Of a DNA stretch of 64,000 nucleotides, positions 35,787-49,650 are shown one piece after another. Origin of the DNA: Chlorokybus atmophyticus (Eukaryota > Plantae > Mesostigma and Chlorokybus algae). The DNA lies in contig RHPI01003124.1 in the NCBI GenBank assembly GCA_009103225.1, forward strand, positions 373,757 to 437,756, written 5' to 3'. How positions within the stretch are numbered: the first letter of the stretch is position 1; the number at the start of each line of letters is the position of its first letter. The notes under the pieces were generated by a model. The model had not been told where the DNA came from. It saw nothing but the letters and a program-made list of their open reading frames with translations, and did not search any database. The position numbers were made by a program, and so were the translations under genes.

Positions 35787-38017
35787 TGCTTCCAACCCTA
35801 GCACCCTTAGTACTGTGCCTGCATTGTTAAAAACAGTGTTTTAGGCAGAATGTGTAAAGTCGCAACTGCACATGGAGTCCTATCCCATTCACTGCAATGA
35901 CCAATGCTGACTTCAGTGCGGCTGCTTTATGCGGGTGAGACTACCAGTGCAACAGAATGCAGAACAGCAATATAAGAGGGCGCAAACCACTTTGTGCTTG
36001 TGTGCTCACTACAACAGAATGATATTCGTGTTGTTTCACACCTGGTCTCAACAATCACAGGCACTGCATGATGCTGTTACAACTTGGATGGCTTAGCTGC
36101 ACTAAAACTGTCAGTGGAGGTTGGCCACAGCAGCTTGTTGCTTGCCTACACTATGCCACGCCATGCAACAGGCAAAAACAATGGCTGTGTGGTACAATGT
36201 GTGTTGGGCTGAATCAGCATTTTGGCTACGACATGGGCAATGCACAGGCACGCAACTTGGTTGCATGGCACTTTCGAGGCAACGGGTGTATGTCTACTAA
36301 CTTGGTTGCATGCAGTTGAAAGGAACCAACCAGCATTAAAGCAGCGACAGTAGTGAATGCTCCTACGGCTGCTTGATTGCAATCAATGCAGAGGACCAGT
36401 CTACCATCCCAACCCGAGGCATGCCATACCTGACTGTCGGGTGGCACAATGCTAAGCTTGCCAACAGCTGCATGCTGCTGTCGCTACTGCTCAACGACCT
36501 GACAAGTCTTACACAAGACGGCAACCAAGTAGAGGGTGCTGTGTAACGAGCATACAGCTGCAGAACCAACTTCCATCAGCTGAGGCCGATGATTGCTTGC
36601 CTCACAAGGAAGCCCAGCGCAGCCTGGGGACTCACTCGTCCAGGCGCAGGCCCGCCAGTGGGCTCGTGAGACACGTGTGCAACCGCACCCCTTGCGACAC
36701 CACCACCACCGCCGCCAACGCCGCCGCCGCATGCGCAACATGCTCTTCGCTCAGCGTCGCCTATGTTTGGCCCTGCTGAACCCACGCTGATATCTGTGAC
36801 GCTTACCTACAATACACCACGGTTTCGCAAGAGTATATCTCAACTAGTACCGATATCATCAGGGTGCCACGCAAGCGTTCTGCTCTCTGTGCAGCTGCGG
36901 CTAAGTGTAAGGCGGCGGTGGCACCCTGATGTTTGGCCTGCCTGCTTGACTAGGCTCCGACAAGCAGCTGCAGTCTCAGCAGCAGCCCCTCATCGCCCAT
37001 TGTGATTGTGTGTTGTTTAAAGAGCCTGGGGGGAGCCACAGCTGACCTGCTCACAGGTGCACTTGTAAGCAGCTGTCATGTCAGCGAGGATAAGCTTGCC
37101 TTGCCCTGTCCTTGTGCGTGTGTTCTTGCCATATCAAGCGTACAACAGCAACTCTGCTGCTTGTTTGCTCGTATGGACATTGTCGCCAGTAAGTGGCTTT
37201 GCAAGTTGTCGTTGAACAGTAGCAGCAGCCAGAAGGTGCGCTTGCTTGCAAAGGTAGGCGTCGTACGAGCATGCAATGGCGATGTAAACAAGAGCATCTA
37301 GTTTGGTTGCGACAACAATCAGAGTTGGTGCCAAGAAACCTTATTGTGTGCTTGTGCTTGTGCACCACATGCGCGGGCTACCTTGCCGCCTGCAGTGTGT
37401 CTCTGTATATCAACGCATTAACCTTGAAGGCGCTGAGATAGTGCACGCACATGATCTGCAAGGTGGCTATAAAAAGTTGTCTTGCTTGATTACATTGCAC
37501 GCCGCTTACTTTGTCACAGACCGGGCGGTGCTCCCTGAAGGCACTGGTTAGTGAGCAGCTCTCAGCCTGTTGCCAAACATGACTGGTCCTGTTGCTCTCG
37601 GGGACCAAGACGCGTGTCAAGGTGCCGCCGGCAATGCACAGTTCATGTACATAAGCCTTGATGACCCATGATGCACTGCGTCAAGACGCATTGACCTTGT
37701 CATCTCTGCGGTGTGGTCATGCACGGAGCCATGGCTATTGAACCACTGAACCAGGCTGAATGCTACATGCAAGCTGTTTAATGCATCACTCTCAGAACAC
37801 GCCACCCCCCCACCCTCTTTCCCCCTTTTGTGCTTGTGACCGTCACCCTTTTTCACAAGCACCGATGACAAGGTCTCTGGCACGCGCGCATGCACAAAGT
37901 GCACATGTGGGATGCCACACACACTCATCTCGGTGTGGACTACCGCGTGTGCTACGGCAGCAGTAATAGTAATAGTAGTAGTTGTTGTGGTAGCGATAGC
38001 AGTAGCAGTAGCACTAC

Positions 38018-38096
38018 TGCACGTACGTGCACCGACCAATATGCTACTCAGTGACTCAACTACTGAGTAGCATATTGGTCGGTGCACGCACGTGCA
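38018..38096. repeat. ~35-bp inverted repeat (27 bp perfect core) with a 9-nt loop
   Basis: 38026-38052 is the reverse complement of 38062-38088; pairing extends past one mismatch. Confidence 0.92.
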
Positions 38097-39370
38097 CACC
38101 TACGCGCTCGCGTGCATGCGGCGGTTGTAACGCATATCACTCGCAAGCACCATGTCGACGCCATCACAATAACATCTAGAAATGACCCCTACACCAGTCC
38201 GCCCGTAAGTTAGGCTGTTGAGTGCATGTGTGTACCGCGCGGGGGNNNNNNNNNNNNNNNNNNNNNNNNNNNNNNNNNNNNNNNNNNNNNNNNNNNNNNN
38301 NNNNNNNNNNNNNNNNNNNNNNNNNNNNNNNNNNNNNNNNNNNNNNNNNNNNNNNNNNNNNNNNNNNNNNNNNNNNNNNNNNNNNNNNNNNNNNNNNNNN
38401 NNNNNNNNNNNNNNNNNNNNNNNNNNNNNNNNNNNNNNNNNNNNNNNNNNNNNNNNNNNNNNNNNNNNNNNNNNNNNNNNNNNNNNNNNNNNNNNNNNNN
38501 NNNNNNNNNNNNNNNNNNNNNNNNNNNNNNNNNNNNNNNNNNNNNNNNNNNNNNNNNNNNNNNNNNNNNNNNNNNNNNNNNNNNNNNNNNNNNNNNNNNN
38601 NNNNNNNNNNNNNNNNNNNNNNNNNNNNNNNNNNNNNNNNNNNNNNNNNNNNNNNNNNNNNNNNNNNNNNNNNNNNNNNNNNNNNNNNNNNNNNNNNNNN
38701 NNNNNNNNNNNNNNNNNNNNNNNNNNGGGGGGGGGCGGGCGCGGGCGCGGGCGGCAGCACCAGTCAAGTATGAGAAGCAAGGTATATGCACTGCTTTCAG
38801 TTCGACGTTGGCAGTGTGGTACTGACAGGGAATCTCCATCACCTGTACTACATATGTGTCGAGCACGATTCTTGACAAACGCATGCGCAAGTGTCTGATT
38901 GATGCTGCCCCATACTGTCATGCACCTGTGTGCGAATGCCGTTTTATGTGAGAGCTCCTATAGTGTGAACAACAACATTGGCCGACACTACGAACTTCAC
39001 TTGCTCTGCACTTGCCATCTCATAGTGGCATACATCGGCACAAGATGTTTGCGCTTACAGTTACGGGCTTGACTCAATCAACAGACCAAACACAAAGCCA
39101 AACCTCTGCTGCAAAGCAAAACATGACATGCATTGTCACAATGCATTTGGCACGAAGCACTCGCCAACACCTTCAGATGCCGAAATGCTATACAAGTGAT
39201 ACAACACATTCACTGTCACCAACCGCTACCGACAGTACAAGCACTACAAGTACATGCATGTCACACACTCTACATTTACACAACACAACACGACAGTTGC
39301 AAGTGTATCATCCAGTGGCTGAGCCCGCAGTCAGCTTCAATTACTACTGCCGCATCCCGTATTCACTCTC

Positions 39371-41599
39371 TTAAGGGCTGCCCGACGGCGGGCCGCCACT
39401 TGGCACAAAGATGTCCGCATAGGGTCCAATGGGTAGCCCTGTGCCCAGATTGGTGATGTTGAAGCCGGGGCCGTACTCTGCACCGGAGGCCTCAAGCTGG
39501 ACCACCTCGGAGGCCGGGGCAGGGATGATGATGTTCTGGTTCAGCAAGTCTGCTTTGCCGGCCTGTTGCAGAGCCAAAGTACGGGTGGAAGAAAGTACAC
39601 GAGCAGCTACGTGATGGCTTTGAGTCATGGAAACAGTGCTTACCTGGCTCAGGGTTCTCACGGTGACGCGGTTGCCTGGGTAGCCTGCGAAGCCGTTGGC
39701 CTGGTCGGCAAAGCCAATGCTGTTGTTGATCTTGCCGTTTATGCCATTGGGGAAGAACCCGCCGCTGGTGCCGTTAGGTGCTCCCAAGATCAAGATGTTG
39801 AGAACCTGCGACGCATTGCGCGTTAGGCGTACATGTCTGTGTGCGAGCGCGCGCGCATGTGTGTGGCTCTTTGTGCTCAAACTGCGTTCTCCTCCAACAC
39901 GCGCACAGATGATAAGTACCTGCTTGGGCGTGCGGCTGAAGGTGAGGCCGCGGATGTCGGTGGGTACGTTGTTGATCTTGAGGGTGGGTACCGCAATGAA
40001 GTTGGTGTCAAAGTTGTACAGTCCCTGGTCGTCATTGATGGGCCCGTCAAGGGAGTTGCGGAGGTGTGATGCCGCCTGCACAACCTCAAATACACGCAGG
40101 CCGTACTCTTCGATGGTGAAGTTGCGGCGGTCCCACAGCAGCTGCCTGTCCACCGCCGACTGGTAGCTCGCTGAACACGCCAGACCCGACACCGCATCCG
40201 CAAGCCCCGGGTTGCTCATCAGCAAGATACATCCCTTCGATCCAATGTGCCAACATCAGTCATCACTACTGTGAGCGGGTGCATTGGCACGACTCTTTGG
40301 AGGTCAGCAATCTAGCAGACGCAGTGCTGCGAACGCACGCACGCATACACACAACGTCAGGGGATGTGCTTACCTTGTCTCCAGTGGCGCCAATCTCTGC
40401 AATGCACACGCAGATGTAAGGACAAGTGCTGATGTTCACAAACAATGGTATGGGACTACCGTAAGGCTTCAAGCAAACACATGCACATCTGCACGCACAG
40501 GCTACCTTCCACGAGCCATGTGCACAGCAGGAAGCGGATGTCGTCTTTGTAGCAGTCGAAGCGGGGGTTGCTGACCTTGCCGACAGCGGCGTCGAAAAAC
40601 TTGGTGAACCCGAAGTCGATGTCAGTGACGGGGCACGGCACCGAGCGCCCTTCCAGCACCTCGCGAATCATTCTGCGCATGTGCAATTAGTTGTGGGTCA
40701 ACTCGCTTGCTACCATCTGCATACTGGCGGCACAAAGTGCGTCACCACTCACCGCACGTGGCCTTGCTCGTCCAGTGCCACCTCTTCAGCCCAGGGCTGC
40801 AGCTGGTTGCTCAGGGCTGCCTTCCTGTTTGGCACAGTTGCACTCGACAACAGGACAGCGTTGATGACGTTGTGCTGATCAGCACAACGGACAGATAAAG
40901 CACGTACCTGCCGCCGATGGCTTCACCGAAGCCCGTTCCGTTGAAGGATAGCAAGTCGAGTGGAATGTCCTGTCCGAATGCTGCAAACGTGTCAAAGCGC
41001 GCCTCCAAGCACTCCATGTTGGCCAAGAAGTTGAGCACATCACTGTCGAAGATGGCCTGAGAGCCGGCCTTGGCAGCGATCGTAGCTGCAACGCATGCAG
41101 AGTGAGAGCTCGTCGCTGGCATAACTGTACATTACGCAACCCACGAAGCTGACAAGCACTGCTGCAGCAACATCACACCTGCGCGCATGCGGAGAGAGAC
41201 AGACACACAGACACACAAGTTTGCGCGCGTACACACACAAGCGCCAGGACACACACAAACAGAGACACTTGCACGCACACGCACGCCCGTACACACCTTG
41301 CACTTCAGCTTGCTGTTGTTGGGGGACGAAGTATGGTCCGCCTTGATCCGTCGTGGTGAGATCGCCGAGGGGAAGGAGACCAAACTTGGTGGGCAGCGCA
41401 CCGAGACCCCTCCTGCGAGTCCCGCCAGCACCAAGTGCGTAGCTTCCACAACAAGAGATGGCTAGTGCCGCACATAGCAACAGCGCCCACACCTGTGGAC
41501 AAGGGGATAGGCACAGCCGGTTGGTGTCGTGGAAGGTTGAATGCATGCTGTGAAACAAGTCTCAATGGTGAAGACATGACTCGCGCTTGCCTTGGACAT
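39371..41599 (-). CDS. Secreted ferritin-like desiccation-related protein (PCC13-62 family), 9 exons, ~437 aa
   Basis: Exons 41599-41591, 41492-41297, 41085-40908, 40824-40753, 40672-40506, 40396-40374, 40234-39920, 39805-39644, 39562-39371 splice in frame (1,314 nt). VLNFLANMECLEA, EEVALDEQGHVRMI, PRFDCY, GLTFSRTPKQVLNIL, GGFFPNGING. Exon 1 (MSK, GC donor) is inferred. Confidence 0.88.
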
Positions 41600-41691
41600 G
41601 TTTGTGGGATTGACTGCTACTGGGTGCTACTGAGCAGAGGAAAAGCGTCCGAGCAGTTGCTGGTTCTGAGATTGTGAATAATATGCCTGAC

Positions 41692-41699
41692 CTTTTATA
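41692..41699 (-). promoter_or_regulatory. Candidate TATA box of the desiccation-related gene
   Basis: TATAAAAG on the minus strand ~93 nt upstream of the inferred ATG. Confidence 0.5.
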
Positions 41700-43648
41700 C
41701 AATCCCCCAACCGCAGTGTGCCTGAGGACTGGTAATCCAAGATGACCAGGTGCACTCCACAGGACTCCGAAGACTGTGCCATTACCTGCTCTACTGTCAC
41801 AATCAGTGCGTATGGCTACTGCCTGGTTGAGCAAGCGTGAAGCTGTCAACGTTACAAGCAAAGCAACGTCCAATGTGCGTGTGCTTGGATTGACGACACA
41901 CAGGCATCTAGCCTTGATCTGTCAGCTGCTGACTGTTTCTGCTGCACGTTACAACCCTGTGGATGCCCAAGCCTCGGCTGCTTGCTTTGCTGACAAGGCG
42001 TTGACAAGCATGATTCTTTCTGCACACAGGCCAATCGGCGAGGCGCATCCCTGCTAGAGCGCATGAAACTGCATTGACTAGTTCCCAACATGCATTCTTA
42101 TTGCTGAGCAGCCCCTTCAGTTCAAAGCTTTCCAGCAGGCATTGGACAGCAAAGTGTCCTTGGTTTGCATGCTGCGTTCTTACCTAGCCAATGCCCACCT
42201 TAGAAAGCTGGCAGTCAATCCAGCTGTGGGTGACAGCAGCGTGCCAGCTGCTAAGGCGGGTCGCCTCCCCCATGACGTCAAGTACCCCCTCGCCTCTACC
42301 GCCTCCAGCTGCAGCACGACGACAACGACAACGACGACGACATCGTTGATTAGGACAAGCAGGAGGCTAGCAAAACGGCGGAAGAGACGGCGAGGATGTG
42401 GACCGCAAAGAGGGGGAGAATGATTAGGCAGGCGGCAAGTAGGGCCAGCACGACCACGCTGTTGTCTGCGGTTGTGTATGCACCGTGCGCTGAGGCGCAA
42501 GCAGGCGGGACGCTCTGATTTTCCTCCCTGGGCCACCCTGCAGGTGGGGCAGTGCCGACCGAGAGAGCAAGAAGAACAACACACAGGCCCACCCACGCAA
42601 TCTCGCTAGCATGAGTGGCCTATGTCTTCTCTCACTGACTGGTTCTTGCTAGCCCCTGTGCCGCAAGTAGCCGGGGGCACCCAAGCTGTACCGTCTGTAC
42701 TTGTTGTTGCTATCTTGCAATGTGGGTTGTTGATCTTTCATGCACAGCTTGACACCAGCACGAAACAACCGTGCATAGGCCAATTCCGAAACACTACCAC
42801 GCAGTGCATGCGCGGCTCCATCCATTATGTCCTTGTTAACTGCATCCTGCGTGTCAAGCAGACCCTCCTGTAGCTGGCGTTATCAAGCCAAGTGTGCATG
42901 GAAGTATGCTCAAAATGTGTCATGTTCCATTGTGCCGCGGCCAGTGCAACATTCAGCTTGATTAGCTGTGTTCGAGTGTAATTATGGCGTGCAGGTTGAT
43001 GTTACAGCACTGCTGCCTGAGGGAGGTTGTGCTCCCATGCGCGTCTGTTGCGTTGAGCTATTGAGTCGAGAGTCGCACTCTTATATATGCAATCTACTAC
43101 TTGGCAACAGTGCAAGTGTCCCCGAGCACGCATACTTTATGGTGATATGGTGATATGCGCCGCCTGCGTTTGTCGCGTGATAACCAGACCTGCTGTCCTT
43201 CTGCTGCCATCACTGACTTTGCAGCTGTCATGACACATGGCTTCTGGTGTTGTGCACTTAGTACAACTTGCTCCGTACGTGTATATGATTGTGGCTGGGA
43301 GTTTGGGGAAACATGAGTGCATGTAGCATGTTAGGCGCCTGATCTGTATACATTCATCGTAACATGGTGTCACAACGATTGGTGCCGGCGTCACATGTAC
43401 CTGCATTGCATGTGATGCAGACCATTCAGCTTGGTGTACATGACTGCATGGTGCACAGCCCACTGCTTATCTCCTATTCTTGGTGCATCCAGCCCGGTGA
43501 CCGTGGGTCTTTGCATGTTGAGGGCTTATACATTAGCGTTCTGCGTGAAGCTTCCCGGCCTATGATAGCAACGGTGGTTGAGCGGCGCATGTCGCTCAGA
43601 CTGGAATTCGCACTCAGCCTGCTGCAAGGTATGCGTTGTGCATGAGTC

Positions 43649-44076
<428 letters not shown>

Positions 44077-46093
44077 ATGCGTTTGTGGGTGCATGCTTGC
44101 GCACAAACACATTCCATGTGACACATTCCATGTGACACTCTGGTACGTTTGGGCGTACGCAACTTGTAACTTTCAACGCAGATGGTGTTGTTCATGAGCT
44201 GTGGTAACGACTGTGTCCCCCTGGTACTTGCAGCGATGCAGCGATTACCATCGCTGCGTCGCACGCACACGCACAAGCACACCACCATATGCATGCACAT
44301 GTGCAGGCACGCTCGCGCGCACACGCAGGCATCCACGCACATAGAGACACACACGCACACATGCAAGCATTGGTAACGAGCCATGCATGTCCACGCATGT
44401 GCGCAAGTACATAAACAGATGTGCATATGCGCGCTTGCATGCGTGCGTCTATGCATACGTGCATGGACTCCATGCACGTACGCATTGTAGCCCACCTCAT
44501 TAGCATGTGGACGGTGGTTGGCACTGTGGCTGTAATGCCATTATCCCCACATTGCAATCACTGAGGCTGATGTGATGACCGCCCGGCGGTTATAGCACAA
44601 GGAGTGCTTATGCTATGGCACATTTGTCACATACACATGCCCGTGCGTACGCGCCGACGTGACACGCGCACATGCACAAAGCTTTGGAACTCAGGCATAT
44701 AACAAATATATTTCAATTAACCCAATAACCATCACATCCAATTAACAAATTGTACCGAGTGGGACACATCCGCACTGCGCCGCAATTGCAACCTACATAG
44801 CTTTGCCGTGATATTCAAGACGGTGGTGCTTGCAAAAAAGTGAGCCTAAGGAATAGCGTCATGACAACCATAGCACATACCACGCCATGCACCCCCACGG
44901 CAAGCGCTATTAACAATGAATTTCTTATACAGCGACAGTGTTACAATGATGAAAATCCTGTACATCATGCCACTTGTTTTATTTGCTTAACACAAAAGGT
45001 GTACATTAGTTGACAAATTAATGTAGCGCAAATTGTGCAGGGTAGCAAGCCTATTGATGAACCTCAAGTGACCACAGCTATGGTTCTGCATGCCAAGTGT
45101 TCACATTGCTAAGCCCGCATTGCTTTCATGATGTTTTCGTGATGCATATCATCATGATTATGATAAGACCTGAAACGTGAGGTGATTAATGTCACTTCAA
45201 CGCCAAGCTCAGTGCACATCACTTACGTGCAAGTCGTGTTAACATTGAAGTCGTATAACTCATGTTAGTCTATGTGTATTTAATACACATTATACCAGCA
45301 CACCCCCTTTGTACATTGTATATCACAAATCAAATCCCATACAATAGATCATATTAGTTGATGATTAGTAATGGCAATACCTAAACAACCTCGTATATGT
45401 GAGTTACAACCATTGTTAATATATTGCATATATTAAGCATCAATTAAATAGTGAGAGTACTTCAACAACGTATACAGTCCATTGAGATTATCCAATTACG
45501 CCGTGCAATTGTGTCGCAATAATTTGTAAGCCAGCATGTTGATAATATCAGCACTTCAAGGTAAAATGCTAGCTTGTGTTGCCAAATATGGCATGTTATG
45601 ATGCAAAATGTGTTACAATCTTGATTAACACACAACGCATTGGTATTGACGAATATGAACTCATATACGAATGCATAACTATTGTGTTGTAACATGTGAC
45701 AGTTTGCAACATTTATGAATCTTACTACAATTCAATGTGTGTAGCTGTACAATACGATGTGTCTTTTAACGCAATTCCATTCAACTACGCAATTTGAACT
45801 TGACACTTTTAACTTCTTTTAGCATGGCTCCACCCTGTCATAGCTATGTCAGTCCCCCATGAGTCATGAGTCACTGGGCCATGGCTCATGACTCCAAGGC
45901 CCCTATGTGTGCGTGTTGGACCAACACTGTTGGTCGGTGTTGCATGCAGGTCCTGGTCCCGTTCACATCCAAAGCGGCCGCTCCTGGGACCTGCTGTTTC
46001 TTCCCGCTCTGCACGTGATGACGCCCACAGCCTAACGGCCAGAGGCCAGGCCAGGGCGGCGGCGGCGGCGGAAGGGAGGGAAGGGAGGGAGAG

Positions 46094-47489
46094 ATGGCTG
46101 CTGAGGTGGATGGAGGAGGCGAGATGGTTGTCGTGAACAAGCTGGAGGTGGACGCCCTGGACGTGGCGGTGGTGGGAGGCTGCCTGGGGCCGTCCACGTC
46201 CACGTCTGTGGGAGGAGGAGGAGGGATGAGTGGGACGGCCGGGTCCACGGGGTTGAGGCGGTGCGACGAGGAGGCGGCGGCGGACGCCCTGGACGCCGCC
46301 GTAGCTGAGGCGGCGAGGGTGCTGCGAGCAAGCGTCGCCTCGGCGGCGGCCGCCCACGCCGCGGCCTTGACTGCCAGCGCCAGGGCGGCGGCGGAGGCGG
46401 CCGCCGCCGCCGCCTCCGCCCGGGAATCCGCCTTGGCCGACGCCCTGGCCGAGGCCACCTCCACCTGCGCCCGCATGGAGCTGGCCGAGGCGGCGGCGTA
46501 CGCCAGCTTGACCAGGGCGGCGGCCACGCTAGGGGCGCGGACCAGGCTGGCGGCCGGGCGACGGCTCCTGCGCTCCGCTATTGCCACGTGGCGAGATTAT
46601 GCACGCCTCATGACCCGCATGCGCAGCAAGGCCGCCGCCTCCGCCGCCAACAGGCAGCGCAATATCCTCAGAGACGTCCTCCGCTGCTGGGCGGACCAAA
46701 CCAGGCTCACCATTAGAGCCAAACTCACTGTAAGTTGCATGTGTGTAATGTCATGCGCTTATGTGTATTCTACTTGCGTGCATTGTACATGTACACTGCT
46801 TACATATGTGCTTGTTAGGCTGCTGCTGGAGCATCGATGGAGGCTGCACGCACAGAAGTGGGTGCGCAACTACAGCAGGTGTGTAGCATGTGCGCGCCCA
46901 TGTGTGTGCGCGCTAGTACAGGCATGCATTGCCTGATGAGTGCACGCTGTGCGTGCGTGTTTGTAGACTGATTGTCATTTTGCAATGCATATATGACATT
47001 CTTGTGTTCATGCAGTTGGAGGAGAGGGTGCAGGCGTATGCAAGCGAGCTGGCGCGCGAGAAGGCACGGCGAGCGGCGGTGCAAGAAGAGATGCGCGCGG
47101 CATTCTTGCGCGGTGTCTGCGCGCTCAACTTTGAAGCGCTGTCGCTTTCCCAACAACATGCAAGCGACAACAATGACACAGACCAATCAACATCGGTACC
47201 TTTGTCGGTTGAGACAACAACATTGATATCACCACACAAGCCGCATACACCACAACAACAGCAAAAACAGCAGCAGCAGCAACAACAGCGACAACCACCA
47301 CCACATCAGCGACAGCCACGAGTGGTAGTGGCCACGCACAACGGGAGCATATCAGAGCGACTTCGTGCAGTGCACGAGGCATGTGTGGCAGCCACGAATG
47401 CGAGTGCAAATGCTGGCGTGAGCACAAGTCAAGAGTGGCCACGGGGCCTTGCGCCAAGGCCGACAGTGGTGTTGCAGCAGCAGTCATAG
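46094..47489 (+). CDS. POC5: Centriolar protein POC5-like, 3 exons, ~389 aa
   Basis: Exons 46094-46729, 46819-46878, 47016-47489 splice in frame. Signature EEMRAAFLRGVCALNFEAL after coiled-coil and WRDY/WADQ Sfi1-like segments. Confidence 0.85.
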
Positions 47490-47726
47490 TGCGTATGTCT
47501 GCTAAGTCAGCAAGCTGCAATGCAGACTAGTGTATACACACGATTGCTTCTACAAATGATGAACAGGATGCACTGGCTGTTCAATTATACACATCATAGC
47601 TACAGACTGACCCGAATGTGCATTGCTGAGGCCACATCACATGAATATGTGCACACGAAGGTGTATCACTAACACAATTGCCACATGTTTATTGACGAGG
47701 GGTTACGTATGTTGCACTAACCACAC

Positions 47727-49527
47727 TCACAATGTGGGCTTTGGCGAAGCAACACCAGCCGCAGGTGACGGAGAAGCCAGGCCTGTACTCACCTCCTTAG
47801 TTTCAACACCTGCTTTCATGCCATCCTTTGCTGCTGCACTGCCGTTTGCCATCTTAGCATCATGCTCCCTTTTCAACGCGGGCACCACGCTCGGCGCCAT
47901 GACAGTGGCGTGGTTGGCCCGCGGCGAGCGCGTGGGCAGTGTGTGGTGGGCGATGTTGGGATCAGATGATTGCGCAGGGACACAACCGCCCCAGAAAAGA
48001 GAAGAGAAAGAGGCTGATGGAGCGGGAACGGTCCTTGATGACGATGAAGAAGGCAGGGAGTCTAACCGCTCGCGCAACTCGTCAATCTGAGCTTGTAGTT
48101 GGTCGCGAGACTCGCGGTGCGCCAATGCTGCCATGGCGCGCTGCTGCTTCTCCTGTTGTGTGGATAGCGAAGACACATAGATCAGTTACTAGTGCATGAA
48201 AGAAGCATAGGCTTCACGACAGCAGGGAGGCCTCAGGGAATCATCGGAGCTGTTGTGACAAGGCCAGCCTCAACAAGAGCCATGAACATAATACAAGACC
48301 AGGGATCAAAGTCAACCATTGCATGAGTGACTGTACGCACTCGTGCAAGTAAGTGCTTACGTGCGCATACGTGTGTGCGCTAGCGTACGTGCGCATGCGC
48401 ATATGCATGTGAGAGCACGTGTGCATATGTGTGCGTGTGCGCATGCGAAAGAGTGCGTGCATATGTGTGCGCGTGCGTGTATACCTGGTCGAGCATGCGC
48501 TGGGTGTCAGGGGCGACCTTGGCGACTGAGGCGCGAACGGCGTCAACCTGCGATTGCATCAGCAGCAGGTGCTCGCGCAGCCGCGACAGCTCCTCCCACA
48601 ACGCATTGGACAGCGTCTCCAGCTGTTCAACGTACAACGAAGATAGAAAGCACACACAGTGTCAGAATTACACGTTGGTGCTTAGCGCATGCTTGTGACT
48701 GTGTACACGCTGCGGAGTGACTGCCAACAACATTGGCTGACCATTGTTCAGTGAGTCAGCAGTCAAACAAGCTTATTGCACACATAAGACTAGCAAGACA
48801 GCCATGAAAACCAGCAATAACAGTGCTGCATAGCACTGTTGCTGCTGATGACGGGTGGTGCTTTATGGACTTATATGCAGCACAGCGTTTTGTTTGGCTT
48901 GGTTCACACATGTCAAGCAATAGCAGGTGGGTAGCCTTACGACAGCAACACAGGTGCAGAGATTACCTCCTCAGAGTACTTGCGTGACAACAAGCAACTT
49001 TACAGCTGCCATGCCAGCAGGGAAACGCATTGTGTGGCCTCATACGCTAATAGGTAGTGCCCGTGTATTTCTGTCCAATGGCTGACCCTCATATTTTGTA
49101 TGAGACTGTAACAATGCACGTAGCGTAGTTTGTGTGTGTTACCCTGATGCTGATCTACTGACACTTGCTAAAACGTCGTTCATGCTGCTCGTGACATACC
49201 GGTGTTGGCAGTGAGTTGACAGCCAGGCACTGCAATGCGTAGTGCTGTCTTCCTTTTGGAACTCACAAGAATCAAAGAAAAACAAAGGTTCACAACAAGT
49301 GAATGGTCAGCACTTGTCACTGTCCAGTTGCCAATCTTCTCAGTGCGCTCAACACAGGACCATACTTGCTCAGTGCTGTAACCACAAGCACGCTACAAGA
49401 AGAAGACAACTTAGTACAGTCTCTCGCTTACCTGAGATTCAAAACGTCTTTCAGCAGCTGCCACCAGCGCTGCCGCCGACGCAGGCGCCACCGCCACCAC
49501 ACCAGATCCCGCCCCCTCCTCAGCCAT
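47727..49527 (-). CDS. Unknown coiled-coil protein, provisional model
   Basis: Exons 49527-49432 (MAEEG..RRFESQ), possible 12-nt microexon 48978-48967 (YSEE), 48622-48485 (LETLSNALWEELSRL..MLDQ) and 48152-47727 (EKQQRAM..IDELRERL..). All junctions are phase 0. Confidence 0.55.
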
Positions 49528-49650
49528 TGCTGCTGCCGGGGCCCTCCTGGCCTGCCCCAAGCTACCACGTCTATCTCATTGCCACCCACAACAGCAGAGA
49601 TGTAGCCCCTCTCTCCCCTGACCTCCCCCTTCCCCTCCTCCCCCTCCCCN

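Noticed and set aside
20421-38745. N gaps flanked by G/C runs (20427-20671, 27545-27683, 38246-38726; also 5715-5740, 13497-13510, 14881-14945) and the X- or G-rich ORFs spanning them
   Set aside because: Assembly gaps or homopolymer artefacts; ORFs across them are meaningless.
42180-42612. Hydrophobic minus-strand ORFs that look like a signal-peptide gene
   Set aside because: Low-complexity (GTC/GTT repeats), no consistent splice model or domain.
44600-45800. AT-rich island, possibly an old DNA transposon
   Set aside because: No TIR, TSD or convincing transposase or Rep motif found.
45886-46587. 233-aa Ala-rich minus ORF
   Set aside because: Antisense shadow of GC-rich POC5 exon 1.
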